Both the position numbers and the translations under genes were made by a program. A stretch of DNA of 64,000 bases from Oopsacas minuta. Taxonomy: Eukaryota; Animalia; Porifera. Within the stretch, counting starts at the first letter, position 1, and each line of letters begins with the position of its first letter. Below are positions 1 to 10,067 of the stretch, piece by piece. A model generated the notes under the pieces. It was not told the origin of the DNA. It saw only the letters and a list, made by a program, of their open reading frames with translations, and did no database searches. The stretch lies in the NCBI GenBank assembly GCA_024704765.1, contig JAKMXF010000318.1:248001-312000 (forward strand). Reading direction: 5' to 3'.

Positions 1-1
1 G

Positions 2-292
2 GAAGGATATTTAGTGCAGACTATGAGAGAGAATGCTGACCTTAGAAGCAAGGTTTGGGGGCTGACTACTCGACTCACTCAGCTTGAGAAATCTGGTTCG
101 TCTAGGCCTAGCTCAATACTCAGTTTATCTGAAGTACAACATAAGGAACATCCTAGAATTCAAGATATTTCAAAGATTAAACGCTCACTGAAACTAAAGA
201 AATTCTTTGGAGAAGAACCTCCCCCTTTGTTAGAAGAGATTCCTACCTCTTTTACACACGATACCTCTCGAGAAGATGATGAGGTTGTATAA
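2..292 (+). CDS. 3' end of a gene entering from the left edge; coiled-coil-like C-terminal segment, function unknown
   Basis: Frame is open from position 2 (EGYLVQTMRENADLRSKVWGLTTRLTQLEK...) to TAA at 290-292; no family recognised. Confidence 0.5.
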   Translation, partial: EGYLVQTMRENADLRSKVWGLTTRLTQLEKSGSSRPSSILSLSEVQHKEHPRIQDISKIKRSLKLKKFFGEEPPPLLEEIPTSFTHDTSREDDEVV

Positions 293-654
293 GTTAATTG
301 ACTCCACCCCAAATGTACTCTTACTGATTGCTTTCATTGTGGCATCATAATATTGATATTTTTACATTCATATCCCTGTATTTATCTCGGTTTAATTTCT
401 GTATCTTCTGTCAATAGAGATACTAGACTACTGTACGTGACTCTAACCTATATTTTATGTTCTTATATACAGTTAACTCCCGCGATAAGTACTTCGAATT
501 CGATAAAACCGATGAAGTTTATCTTACTTTGGCGGTTTGGGAACATATTTGTACAATTCAGACTTTGATATAAACCAGTATTTCAATATAATGGGAGTTG
601 ACTGTACTTTTATTTCTCGATTAATAAATTCCTAATACATTTATTGGTGTCTAG

Positions 655-3279
655 ATGGCTAGTAGCTCATTCTCGCCCCTGAAACAGAAACAAAGCTCCA
701 GCATCACACAAGAAGGATTCCACCAACTGGGATTAGAAGCTAATACAATTCTAAGGGATTATCAACTTGTTGGAGTTAATTGGATAATTGATTGTCATAA
801 TAATAATCATGGGTGTATCCTGGGTGATGAGATGGGCCTAGGTAAAACCATACAATCTATTTCATATTTGTTGTACTTACGCAGCAAACTATCTACATTT
901 GCGTTCTTGGTTGTTTGTCCACTTTCTTTGGTGCAGAATTGGCGGAAAGAATTCGAAACCTTCGCTCCAGATCTCAAAGTTATAACTCTGGTAGGTGACA
1001 AGGGATCCCGCGAAAATACACTAACAAAAATCAAACATTCCAATACCCTCGATTCCGTTGTCATTACAACCTCAGAATATGTCCTTATAGAATCTGATCT
1101 ATCCTTGTTAAAGTGGTCTTGTATAGTTTTTGATGAAGCTCATAGATTGAAGAATCACGAGAGTAAGTTACACACGAAGTTACAAACTAAATTTAAGATC
1201 AATTTTACACTTCTTCTAACGGGTACTCCCATACAAAACAATCTCCTTGAGCTGTACTCTCTACTATCTATAATTCATGTCGATGCCTTTCCTCTTGCGA
1301 ATATTGATAAGTTTGTGGGAGAATACAAATCAATAATTGATAAGGATAATAAAGACGAAATATCTGAGCTACATTCTCTATTAAAACCTTACCTTTTACG
1401 GAGAACTAAGGAGGAAGTTCTATCTTCTCTTCCCAAGTGTTCCCAAGTACACATATACATCCCTATATCTGATATCCAAAAAAAAATCTATAGAGCTGTG
1501 TTATATAAGGATTTAAGCGCGTTTGGAGAGGCAGGTAACAAAACACGTCTCCTTAATGTACTCATGCAGTTAAGGAAGTGTGTGAACCATCCATACCTGT
1601 TTAATGGAGTAGAACCTGAGCCATTTGAGATGGGAGAACATCTCGTAACTGCTAGTGGTAAACTAGTTATACTAGATAAAATACTAAAACACTTGAAGAA
1701 GACCAAACACAAAGTTCTGCTGTTCTCTCAGATGACACACATGCTGGATATTATACAGGATTATCTTACCTATAGGAATTATACATATGAACGATTGGAT
1801 GGCTCTGTTAGGGGAGAAGAGCGTTATTTAGCTATCAATAGCTTTAACAAGAATGAAGATACTTTCGTGTTTTTACTGAGCACAAAAGCTGGAGGTGTTG
1901 GACTAAATTTGACAGCTGCTGACACTGTCATATTCTATGACAGTGATTTCAATCCTCAAAATGACATACAGGCAGCTGCTAGAGCTCATAGAATAGGACA
2001 GGAGAAACCTGTGAAAATTTTAAGACTTATAACAAAGAATTCTGTAGAAGAGATTATCATACAAAGAGCTGCTAAGAAAATTGAGGTAACTGATACCATT
2101 ATTGAAGGAGGGCACTTTGCTTTGGGAGCTGGTCAGCAGGATTATGATAAGCAGCCACTTATTGCTGAGGTGTTAAAATTCGGTTTGGGAGCTCTCTTGT
2201 CTGATGAGAGTCTGGAAGAAGAGCCTATTGATATTGAGAGGTTGCTAGGGAATAGTCATGATGGAATGTGGGTAGATAGAGACAGTACTGATATAGGAGA
2301 GAAGATTACACCAGATGATGAGATTACTAATTTGTATGAGTTTGAAGGAGAAGATTATTCTAAAGCTGCTAAGAAGTCAGATGATTCAGCATTTGATGTA
2401 ATGCTACAAGAATATATAAGTGTACAAACTGGGGATAAATCTGTACTAGGAACGAGAGTATTGAGAAGTGAGGAAGGAACTCAGAAGATTACGAAACCAT
2501 TTGAACTCGTTATTAGTAAGAAACGCGTGTTGACACCCGAACAGCTAGAGGCTAGACGTGTCAAACGTGAGGAAAACCGCGCGAAACGTCAAAAATTATT
2601 GGAAGAGAAGGAGCAGTTAAAACAAGAAGAAACACGCAAGAAACTTTTATTATTCTGGAAGAAGAATGAATACACAAGTTCTAATCTACCTCTCAATAGC
2701 GAATTAGAGGATAGTTCTAGCGGTGATTCAGAAGAGGAATTACTCTCTGGATTAGACTTGTCGGAATCTGATACAACCGAGAGGATTTGTTTCGTAAAGG
2801 GTGACGTCACTCATCCTAGTGTCAAACATGTGGGTGATAAGAATGCTATTGTAGTGCATTGTGTTGATAATTCTGGTAAATGGGGACATGGAGGCGTGTT
2901 CAGTGCCCTCAGCGCCAGATCCCTACTCCCTTCTTCTGTATACGAATTGGCTGGTAAGATGGGTGACTTAGAATTGGGACATGCTCATTTCTCGCCTATT
3001 GATGATTTACAGAGCAGAGGGGAAGGAAGGGATTTTGTGGCATTAATCGTATCACAGAGGAGAGATGAACACGGAGTATCTGGTATCAAGTTAAGTGCCT
3101 TAGATGAAGGATTACAGCGTGTTAAGAGGATTGCTATTAAAGAGAATGCTAGTGTTCATTTACCGAGGATTGGACACAGTACTCGTAATTTCAATTGGTA
3201 TGGAACAGAGAGGTTAATACAGAAGCATTTAGCTTCTAATGGTATTCCTACTTGCGTATACTACTACTCTAAGTTATGA
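655..3279 (+). CDS. CHD1L: SNF2-family chromatin remodeller with C-terminal macro domain (CHD1L/ALC1), single exon
   Basis: ILGDEMGLGKT, DEAH, LTGTPIQNNLLELYSLL, QAAARAHRIGQ; C-terminal macro domain (FVKGDVTHP, VHCVDNSGKWGHGGVF, VHLPRIG, WYGTERLI). Confidence 0.95.
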   Translation: MASSSFSPLKQKQSSSITQEGFHQLGLEANTILRDYQLVGVNWIIDCHNNNHGCILGDEMGLGKTIQSISYLLYLRSKLSTFAFLVVCPLSLVQNWRKEFETFAPDLKVITLVGDKGSRENTLTKIKHSNTLDSVVITTSEYVLIESDLSLLKWSCIVFDEAHRLKNHESKLHTKLQTKFKINFTLLLTGTPIQNNLLELYSLLSIIHVDAFPLANIDKFVGEYKSIIDKDNKDEISELHSLLKPYLLRRTKEEVLSSLPKCSQVHIYIPISDIQKKIYRAVLYKDLSAFGEAGNKTRLLNVLMQLRKCVNHPYLFNGVEPEPFEMGEHLVTASGKLVILDKILKHLKKTKHKVLLFSQMTHMLDIIQDYLTYRNYTYERLDGSVRGEERYLAINSFNKNEDTFVFLLSTKAGGVGLNLTAADTVIFYDSDFNPQNDIQAAARAHRIGQEKPVKILRLITKNSVEEIIIQRAAKKIEVTDTIIEGGHFALGAGQQDYDKQPLIAEVLKFGLGALLSDESLEEEPIDIERLLGNSHDGMWVDRDSTDIGEKITPDDEITNLYEFEGEDYSKAAKKSDDSAFDVMLQEYISVQTGDKSVLGTRVLRSEEGTQKITKPFELVISKKRVLTPEQLEARRVKREENRAKRQKLLEEKEQLKQEETRKKLLLFWKKNEYTSSNLPLNSELEDSSSGDSEEELLSGLDLSESDTTERICFVKGDVTHPSVKHVGDKNAIVVHCVDNSGKWGHGGVFSALSARSLLPSSVYELAGKMGDLELGHAHFSPIDDLQSRGEGRDFVALIVSQRRDEHGVSGIKLSALDEGLQRVKRIAIKENASVHLPRIGHSTRNFNWYGTERLIQKHLASNGIPTCVYYYSKL

Positions 3280-3493
3280 CAATTGTAGGAATGATTGTAG
3301 TTTTTAGTGAATGTTTTTAGATTTCGAATGCATGACTCATTTATTCTTAAACTTCATGAATGCAGTTAATACGAACACTAACGAACTTTCTAAATGTGTT
3401 CGCCTTAACCGGAGTAGTACCTAGGGTGTAACTACCAATGAGGCACCTCGCTCTGGGATCTCTAGTTACACCCCAGAATACCAATTGGATATA

Positions 3494-3549
3494 CAGTGAA
3501 ACCTGCATAGACCGACACTAGTTTGGGACCGGAAAACGCAGTTCTACTG
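3494..3549. mobile_element. Possible 56-bp Tc1/mariner-pogo-type DNA transposon relic
   Basis: TA|CAGTGAAACC ... GTTCTACTG|TA; ends are 7/9 complementary with TA on both sides; left end resembles pogo/Tigger-type termini. Confidence 0.35.
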
Positions 3550-3591
3550 TATTTACTAATTATTTCATATTGTTTTCTAGATAGTTTAGCT

Positions 3592-4635
3592 ATGTCAAGT
3601 TTCATAAAGAAGAAGCAGAGCTCTAACAAATCAAAACTGCCTCATCTACCGCCTGGATGTAAACCTTCTATTTATAACAACCAGACAGTAATATCATCTG
3701 GAGTAGCTGCTATAGACTTCTTGCTAGGAGGAGGTATACCTTTGGGCTCTCTTGTACTTATTGAGGAAGATGAGTTAAGGATTTATTCAAATCTTCTCTT
3801 AAGATATTTCACCAGTGAGGGTATACTCTGTGGACATAGAGTTATAGTGTCTGTAAGTATTGGAGATGATTTTATTAACCAGCTACCTGGACAAGTTGAT
3901 AATATAGAAGTACAGCAAAAAGATGAATCTGTTGGAGATTCTATGAAGATAGCATTTAGATATGAAGCTCTACAGCAGGTAGATTCTGAGTTCAGTTCTG
4001 CTATTAAATTCTGTCATTCATTCGATTTGACTCATAAACTCGATTATAACACTTTTGTACGAGAAAATCCCAACTTGACTATGATCAATAACAGATCAAG
4101 TTCTACAGCTAAGTTGCAATATTCACAGTTATTGCAATCTATTAGAGACAATTTGAATACTGCGAATGGTGTTATTAGAATTGTGTTACAACATATGGGA
4201 TCTGTCCTATGGGATAATTCTGGTCCTGATGGTTCAAGAGAGTTCATAAAGTTCCTATTCAACATTAGAGCTCTTACAAGGTGTTATCCTGTCACTTTTC
4301 TCTTATCATATCCTACATATAATCACTCAGAAATATATCTGAATAGGATCAGATATCTTAGTGATGCGGTGTACAGATTGGAATGTTTTCAGAGCTCTGA
4401 TAAGGAGGTTAGTCCTCTATTCTCGGATTATCATGGACTCTTCCATCTGGTTAAATTACCCAAAATTAATTCACTTCAATCTTTCATACCCGAAACTCTT
4501 AATTTTGGATTTAAAGCTAAGAAAAGAAAGTTTGTTATTGAGAAGTTACATCTTCCTCCAGAACTTGGAGAAGACGATAAGAAATCGACTACTAAGATTA
4601 AAGTTAGAATGGATAAGAAACTCTTGGAATTCTAA
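3592..4635 (+). CDS. ELP4: Elongator complex subunit 4
   Basis: ISSGVAAIDFLLGGGIPLGSLVLIEED, MKIAFRY, YHGLFHLVKLPKINSL, FVIEKLHLPPEL, ends LEF; ATG at 3592 preferred over the TTG at 3523. Confidence 0.92.
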   Translation: MSSFIKKKQSSNKSKLPHLPPGCKPSIYNNQTVISSGVAAIDFLLGGGIPLGSLVLIEEDELRIYSNLLLRYFTSEGILCGHRVIVSVSIGDDFINQLPGQVDNIEVQQKDESVGDSMKIAFRYEALQQVDSEFSSAIKFCHSFDLTHKLDYNTFVRENPNLTMINNRSSSTAKLQYSQLLQSIRDNLNTANGVIRIVLQHMGSVLWDNSGPDGSREFIKFLFNIRALTRCYPVTFLLSYPTYNHSEIYLNRIRYLSDAVYRLECFQSSDKEVSPLFSDYHGLFHLVKLPKINSLQSFIPETLNFGFKAKKRKFVIEKLHLPPELGEDDKKSTTKIKVRMDKKLLEF

Positions 4636-4879
4636 CTATTTATTTTATCATATTAATTACAGTTTAAACTCTACAAACGGACGCCTTGCCCGCCGTAAAT
4701 ACTACCCCGTTTCCCCCGTTTATTGACGTTCATTTGGCCGGACTAGATATTCACTCTATTTATTTTTCACTCCGTTTCTAGAAGTTCCCCGATTCCACAC
4801 CGTTTGTGGAGGTTTTACTGTAATATAAGTGTAGAACAATAACTATAAATGATAGCTTATCTTTACAACACACAAGAAT

Positions 4880-5479
4880 ATGGAGAAGTCCTCAGAAGCA
4901 AACACAATCAATTTCTTATCGAATATATCCTCTCACTATAAAGATATCCTCCCTCAACTATCTCGTCATATTAACCTAGACTCAGAGCTTATATTAGATA
5001 CAAACACCTACACCAAGAACCGGTGTAAGACACACTGTCCTCACTGCTATACCTTATTTGTACCAGGGATTAACTATTCTATCAGGACTAGGACATTGAA
5101 AAAACTAAGAATTATCCAGAAAATGGTTAGAATCGAATCAGTTACTGGATATGGCAATAGTAACATCATGTTCAGTAGACGGAGATTATCCTATTGGACA
5201 ATACTGTGTAGAACTTGTAAAACATTATTTGTTGATTTCTCATATAAATTAGTGCCTAAGAAGTCGAGAAAACAGAGAGGCATTTCAATCAAGGGAAAGT
5301 TTTCTAAATTAAGTTTAGAAACGAAATTAACCCAGAAACTTTCTAGAAAAAAACGGATTAAGAATGCAAAGATACAGAAAACTAAAATGAAAATATTAGA
5401 AAAGCGAAAGTTTCAATCTATTCAACCTAAACCTGTGTCATTGAAGGATTTTCTAATTGATTGTGATATTAAACTTTAA
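4880..5479 (+). CDS. Rpr2/Rpp21/Snm1-family zinc-ribbon RNase P/MRP subunit, more like Snm1/RMP24 (C18orf21)
   Basis: INFL helix, CPHCYTLFVPGIN and CRTC Cys pairs, long Lys/Arg-rich tail ending SLKDFL. Confidence 0.65.
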   Translation: MEKSSEANTINFLSNISSHYKDILPQLSRHINLDSELILDTNTYTKNRCKTHCPHCYTLFVPGINYSIRTRTLKKLRIIQKMVRIESVTGYGNSNIMFSRRRLSYWTILCRTCKTLFVDFSYKLVPKKSRKQRGISIKGKFSKLSLETKLTQKLSRKKRIKNAKIQKTKMKILEKRKFQSIQPKPVSLKDFLIDCDIKL

Positions 5480-5548
5480 TTACTTTTATCCTTATAACCT
5501 TTCCTATAATGATTTGTTTAACAAATTCCTATTCTCCTATATGGTAGT

Positions 5549-6100
5549 ATGGGAGCAACGATTAGCAATATGTTTAGTCTGGATGAGGTTTATAGAATGG
5601 ATAAGAGACAGCTGATAATGCAAGTATTGAATTTCTGTCTTATCGTCAGTAGTGCTCTAATGATTTGGAAATCTCTAATGCTTTTAACAGGCTCTGAATC
5701 TCCTATAGTTGTTGTATTAAGTGGTAGTATGGAACCGGCATTTTACCGTGGAGACTTGCTTATTCTCACAAATAACCTGGACGATCCGATACAAGTAGGA
5801 GATATCGTTGTATTCAATATTAAGAACAGGGATATACCTATAGTACATAGAGCTATTAAACTGCATCAATCAAAAGATGGAAAGGTAAAGTTTTTGACCA
5901 AAGGCGATAACAACTCTGTTGATGACAGATCGTTGTATGCTCCAGGACAAATGTGGTTAGAACGTACTGACGTCATAGGAAGAGCTAAGGGTTATGTTCC
6001 GTATGTTGGTATGGTAACAATATTAATGAATGATTATCCACAGCTTAAATATGCTGTATTGTTACTGCTAGGTGTGTATGTGTTGATACATAGAGAATAG
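5549..6100 (+). CDS. SEC11: Signal peptidase complex catalytic subunit SEC11
   Basis: [22 protein letters not shown] (catalytic Ser), IPIVHRAI (His), FLTKGDNN. Confidence 0.97.
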   Translation: MGATISNMFSLDEVYRMDKRQLIMQVLNFCLIVSSALMIWKSLMLLTGSESPIVVVLSGSMEPAFYRGDLLILTNNLDDPIQVGDIVVFNIKNRDIPIVHRAIKLHQSKDGKVKFLTKGDNNSVDDRSLYAPGQMWLERTDVIGRAKGYVPYVGMVTILMNDYPQLKYAVLLLLGVYVLIHRE

Positions 6101-6164
6101 AAATTATTTGTTTAGGATTTGAAATATTGTGTGAATATTATTAAGAAATACGTATACGCTGAAA

Positions 6165-6295
6165 CAACGATTCACAACCTTTTTGGACCCCTGTACCAAC
6201 AGATTCTGTGGACAATGGACCCTCCCATAACCAGCAGTACAAAATTTGAGATCCCACCACCAAGGGGTCCTTAGACCCCAGGTTGAGAACCGCTA
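6165..6295. mobile_element. hAT-like MITE relic (131 bp)
   Basis: Ends CAACGATTCACAACC (6165-6179) and GGTTGAGAACCGCTA (6281-6295) are 11/15 complementary; flanking 8-mers CGCTGAAA and CGCTAAAA (7/8) fit an 8-bp TSD; internal GGACCCCT/AGGGGTCC inverted pair. Confidence 0.65.
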
Positions 6296-6367
6296 CGCTA
6301 AAACAAACATTTCTTTTATTAATTTTGTTTATTTATAATGCTAGGTTTCTGCTGTAATTATTGAATA

Positions 6368-9300
6368 ATGTCAAAGTATGTTAATCCTGAATTACGGAAA
6401 CTTATCCACTCAAAAGAGCAAGCACAGAAGAGAGGGAATTTTTCTGAGGAGGCTAAGTTCTGTAACGTTATAGGAGAGTTTTATAAGAAGGAGGGAAATC
6501 TTGCTGGAGCTCTGAAAGAACATGAGATGGAGTTACAGTTATGTGAGTCAATTGGAGATAGATTGGGGGTAGCTATTGCTAATCGTAGAGTAGGAGAGTG
6601 TAAGTCTGAGATAGGACAATTCGAAGAGGGACTGAGACATCATAAACTATACCTTAGAATAGCTAAGAGTCTTGGTAATTTGAAGGAGGAACAACGTGCC
6701 CTTGCTACTATAGGACGTAATTGTTACTTATACGCTCTCTCTCTGCCAGAACCAGATAGTAGTAAGCAGTTAGAATACTCTAAAGATGCTATACTAGAAT
6801 CTCTTAAATGTTGTGATAAACTAGAAGCTAATAAGAATGCTAATGATAAAGATGTTCTAGAAATGAAAGCTAGACTATTTTCAAACTTATCCAATTATTA
6901 CGAGCAGAAAGGGAATCTGATTTTAGCAAAGAAATACTGTCAAAAAGCTATTTTGCTGTCTAAAAGTCACAAATTTTGTTGTGCAAGTTTTTATTTCTCT
7001 CTAGGTTCTATCTACCTATCTTGTAAGGATTATACTGATGCGTTACGTCAGTTTGAGCTTGCATTTAGACAGGCTGATAGTGACAGTGATAAACCAATGT
7101 GTTCTTACGCTTTAGAGCAGATGGGTGTTGTTTTCGCGATTTTAAGAGACTTTAACTCAGCTAAATACTCTTGGAAACGAGCGTTAAAAACCGGTGCTAT
7201 TACAGGAGAAGAGAAAGTATCTCTACAGGGTAACTACATGCTAATTAAGAAGCTAATAACCTATATAGAACGACTGCCAATGATACATAAAGAAGATTAT
7301 AAACATAGAATAGAACTACTTGAGAAATTAGGTGACACTGCTTGTAAGCTAGATCTGTTTAGTATAGGAGTTGGGTACTATGAAGAGGAGTTAGAGCTAG
7401 CTGAGAAGAATGGTTACACTAAGATATCAGAGATTTGTTGCTCTATTGCTGTCACATATGCTGATCTAAAGCAGTATGATAAGGCTGTTATCTATTACGA
7501 GAGAGAATTAGAATGTTACGGTGATTGGAATAAGAATAAATGTAACAGTCTAAGAGCTCTAGGAGATGCTCATTATGAAGCTGGACATCATTACTTGGTT
7601 ATTGATGACGTGTATGAAAAAGCTAGACTTGAAGGGGAGGAGTCTGGGAATCAAAAGGCACTCGTGCGTGTATGGAAGAGTTTGTTAAGACTATACGAGA
7701 GAGAAGGTAATTATCTTGATTGACTATATTGGAATGTGATAATATACTATGAATTACAGGTAGACATCAACAGGTAATGCTAGCTAAAATGGCTATTGAT
7801 GATCTGTCTACTGCGCTTTCTGACAGCTCTGAAAGTTCGGATAGTGGTGATGAAGAAGAAGAATTTAATCTAAGTGAATCTGATATCTCAGAAGATGAGC
7901 TGGAGGATTTACAAGAAGGAACTACAGCTGTATCTAGAGTGAGGAGAGCTAAGAAAACTAATCTACATAAAGTTAATGCTAAAGGGGAAACTAAGTTACA
8001 TCAAGCTGCCATACAAGGTAATTACGCTATAGCCCTGTTGTATCGAAGACTTTGATATAACAGGAAATATTTGCAATTCTGAGATTATTACTGATACCAT
8101 ATAGGCAGAGTTCATATGGCTAAAATCCTGCTGAAACAAGGAGCTATCGTTAACACACACGATTACTGCGGCTGGTCACCTCTCCATGAAGCTTGTAATT
8201 TCGGTAACACAGAGATGGCTCTCCTACTCCTGGAGTACGGAGCTAATGTCAATGACCCTGGAGGTGAGCATTGTCACGGGATAACACCCTTACATGACGC
8301 TGTACAGAATGAGCATTATTCATGTGTTAAACTACTGATTGAATTCGGGGCTAATCCTTTCTTGAGGTATAAGAATAATGAAACTGTCATTGATATAGCA
8401 AAAGAGTTAGTAAGTGAAGCAGAAGATTTGAATTGTTCTAATAAGGAAATGGATAAAATAAACAAAATATTTAACCTGCTATTAGCATGTAAAGTTGAGA
8501 ATCATAAACCTAATCCTCTTAACTTGAATCCTTTTCATAAGAAGTGTCGCTCAACGCGGGAGGATTCTCCTCCCCCTTTGCTACCAGTAACATCTAGTCC
8601 TGTTAACACACAGCCCTGGCTTGTAGAGGATATGGGGTATAGGAATAAGAGGACTAGAATGTCCCCTAAGGCCAAATCAAAACCCACGTCATCACACGAT
8701 AATTTATCGCCTTATAAGGTAATATCTCCTCGTAAACAAACTCCTAAAAAGAAGGCTGTTAAACAGAAGAAAACTGTGGAAATGAAGAGTAGTAAAAAAC
8801 TCAAACTTTCATACTCTCCTAGCGATATAATAGATCCGAATTTAAGTTCTATATCTTTAGAAGATTATCATAGCTGTGATTCTTTTACCTTCTTTGGTGC
8901 TAATGTGGCTAACACACCTACTCCACTTACTAATTTCCCTATTATACCTGTTCCTGAGTACAAAATAGCTCACTCTTCACCCGATCACTTATCTGAACCT
9001 ACATCAGCTAACAGTATGTTTATACGTACAGAGAATATGTCAATACAAGAGGTTAAACGTGTTAAGGTTACAATAGAGAATGATCTTATAAAAATACCTT
9101 GTCTACCTAATAAGACAATTCAATGGCTATGTGAAGAGGCTAGTAAGCGTTATAGCTCATTGAGAGGAATAAAACCATTGTTACAGCTGACTGATAAGGA
9201 TGGAGCTCTGTTAATGGCTATGGATTCAATATCTGCTATATTAACTAATGATGAGGAAATAATTGGGCGTGTGGAGAGCTGGGATCTGCCCTCTTTACGT

Positions 9301-9948
9301 GACAGATACCAACAGTATTGTACAACACAGGGTGTAACTGTGTATGAAAGGCTACTTGGTCTACTACCTGATTTAGCTATTGAAAATGAACTGAATTTAT
9401 CCAATAAAATGATACCATCAGTAGAGCTTGGTCATTTGTTCAAATGCTTATCAGCTCAAGGACATTTAACCAAATTAGATCTGAGTAGTAATAAGATAGG
9501 AGATGAGTGTATGAAAATACTAGCTACTTCCCTACGTAATCTCAATACACTTCAGTGTTTAATACTGGGTTGTTGTAATATTTCTTGCAAAGGTGTTACA
9601 GCCATTCTCACACAAATTGTCACTCAACAGACTGCTAACAAACCTCTTAATAATCTCATGCATTTAGATATGAGCTTTAACTTCATCTGTGGAGATGGGG
9701 GAAGGGCCCTGTCGCAATTTCTAACACACATGCCTAACCTTGTCTTCCTCAAACTAGAATCTTGTGGACTTGATATTTGTACTGATTTCTCTCTCCTATC
9801 ACGATCTATCTGTGAATTACGTTCTCTAAAGGATCTATCGCTTATCTTCAACAAAATATCAGAGTCTGATATTAATATTTTACTTCAATCATTATCAAAT
9901 CAGGTAACACTTAATTTATCTCATAGCAAAGATACTCTTAAATTTTAA
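6368..9948 (+). CDS. TONSL: Tonsoku-like protein; exons 6368-7706, 7760-8017, 8105-9948
   Basis: TPR array, acidic linker, ankyrin repeats (GETKLHQAAI, GWSPLHEACNFG, GITPLHDAV), ubiquitin-like segment, LRRs; GT-AG introns of 53 and 87 nt (both phase 1) join three ORFs in frame. Confidence 0.92.
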
Positions 9949-10067
9949 TAATTTGATTATTCACTATTTGTGTTTTCACTCAATAAAGTAAATAAATACT
10001 ATCTTTAGAGTACTTATCAACTGTTGTTTTATCACACATAACTTATTCATACATTCGTTACTAGAAT

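Noticed and set aside
353-568. 71-aa ORF
   Set aside because: TTG start, AT-rich intergenic composition, no motif
3277-3279. CHD1L ends in SKL, a PTS1-like signal
   Set aside because: A nuclear remodeller whose orthologues end near this point; probably chance
3523-3591. Signal-peptide-like N-terminal extension on ELP4
   Set aside because: Starts at TTG inside the transposon relic and AT-rich leader; ATG 3592 gives a normal ELP4
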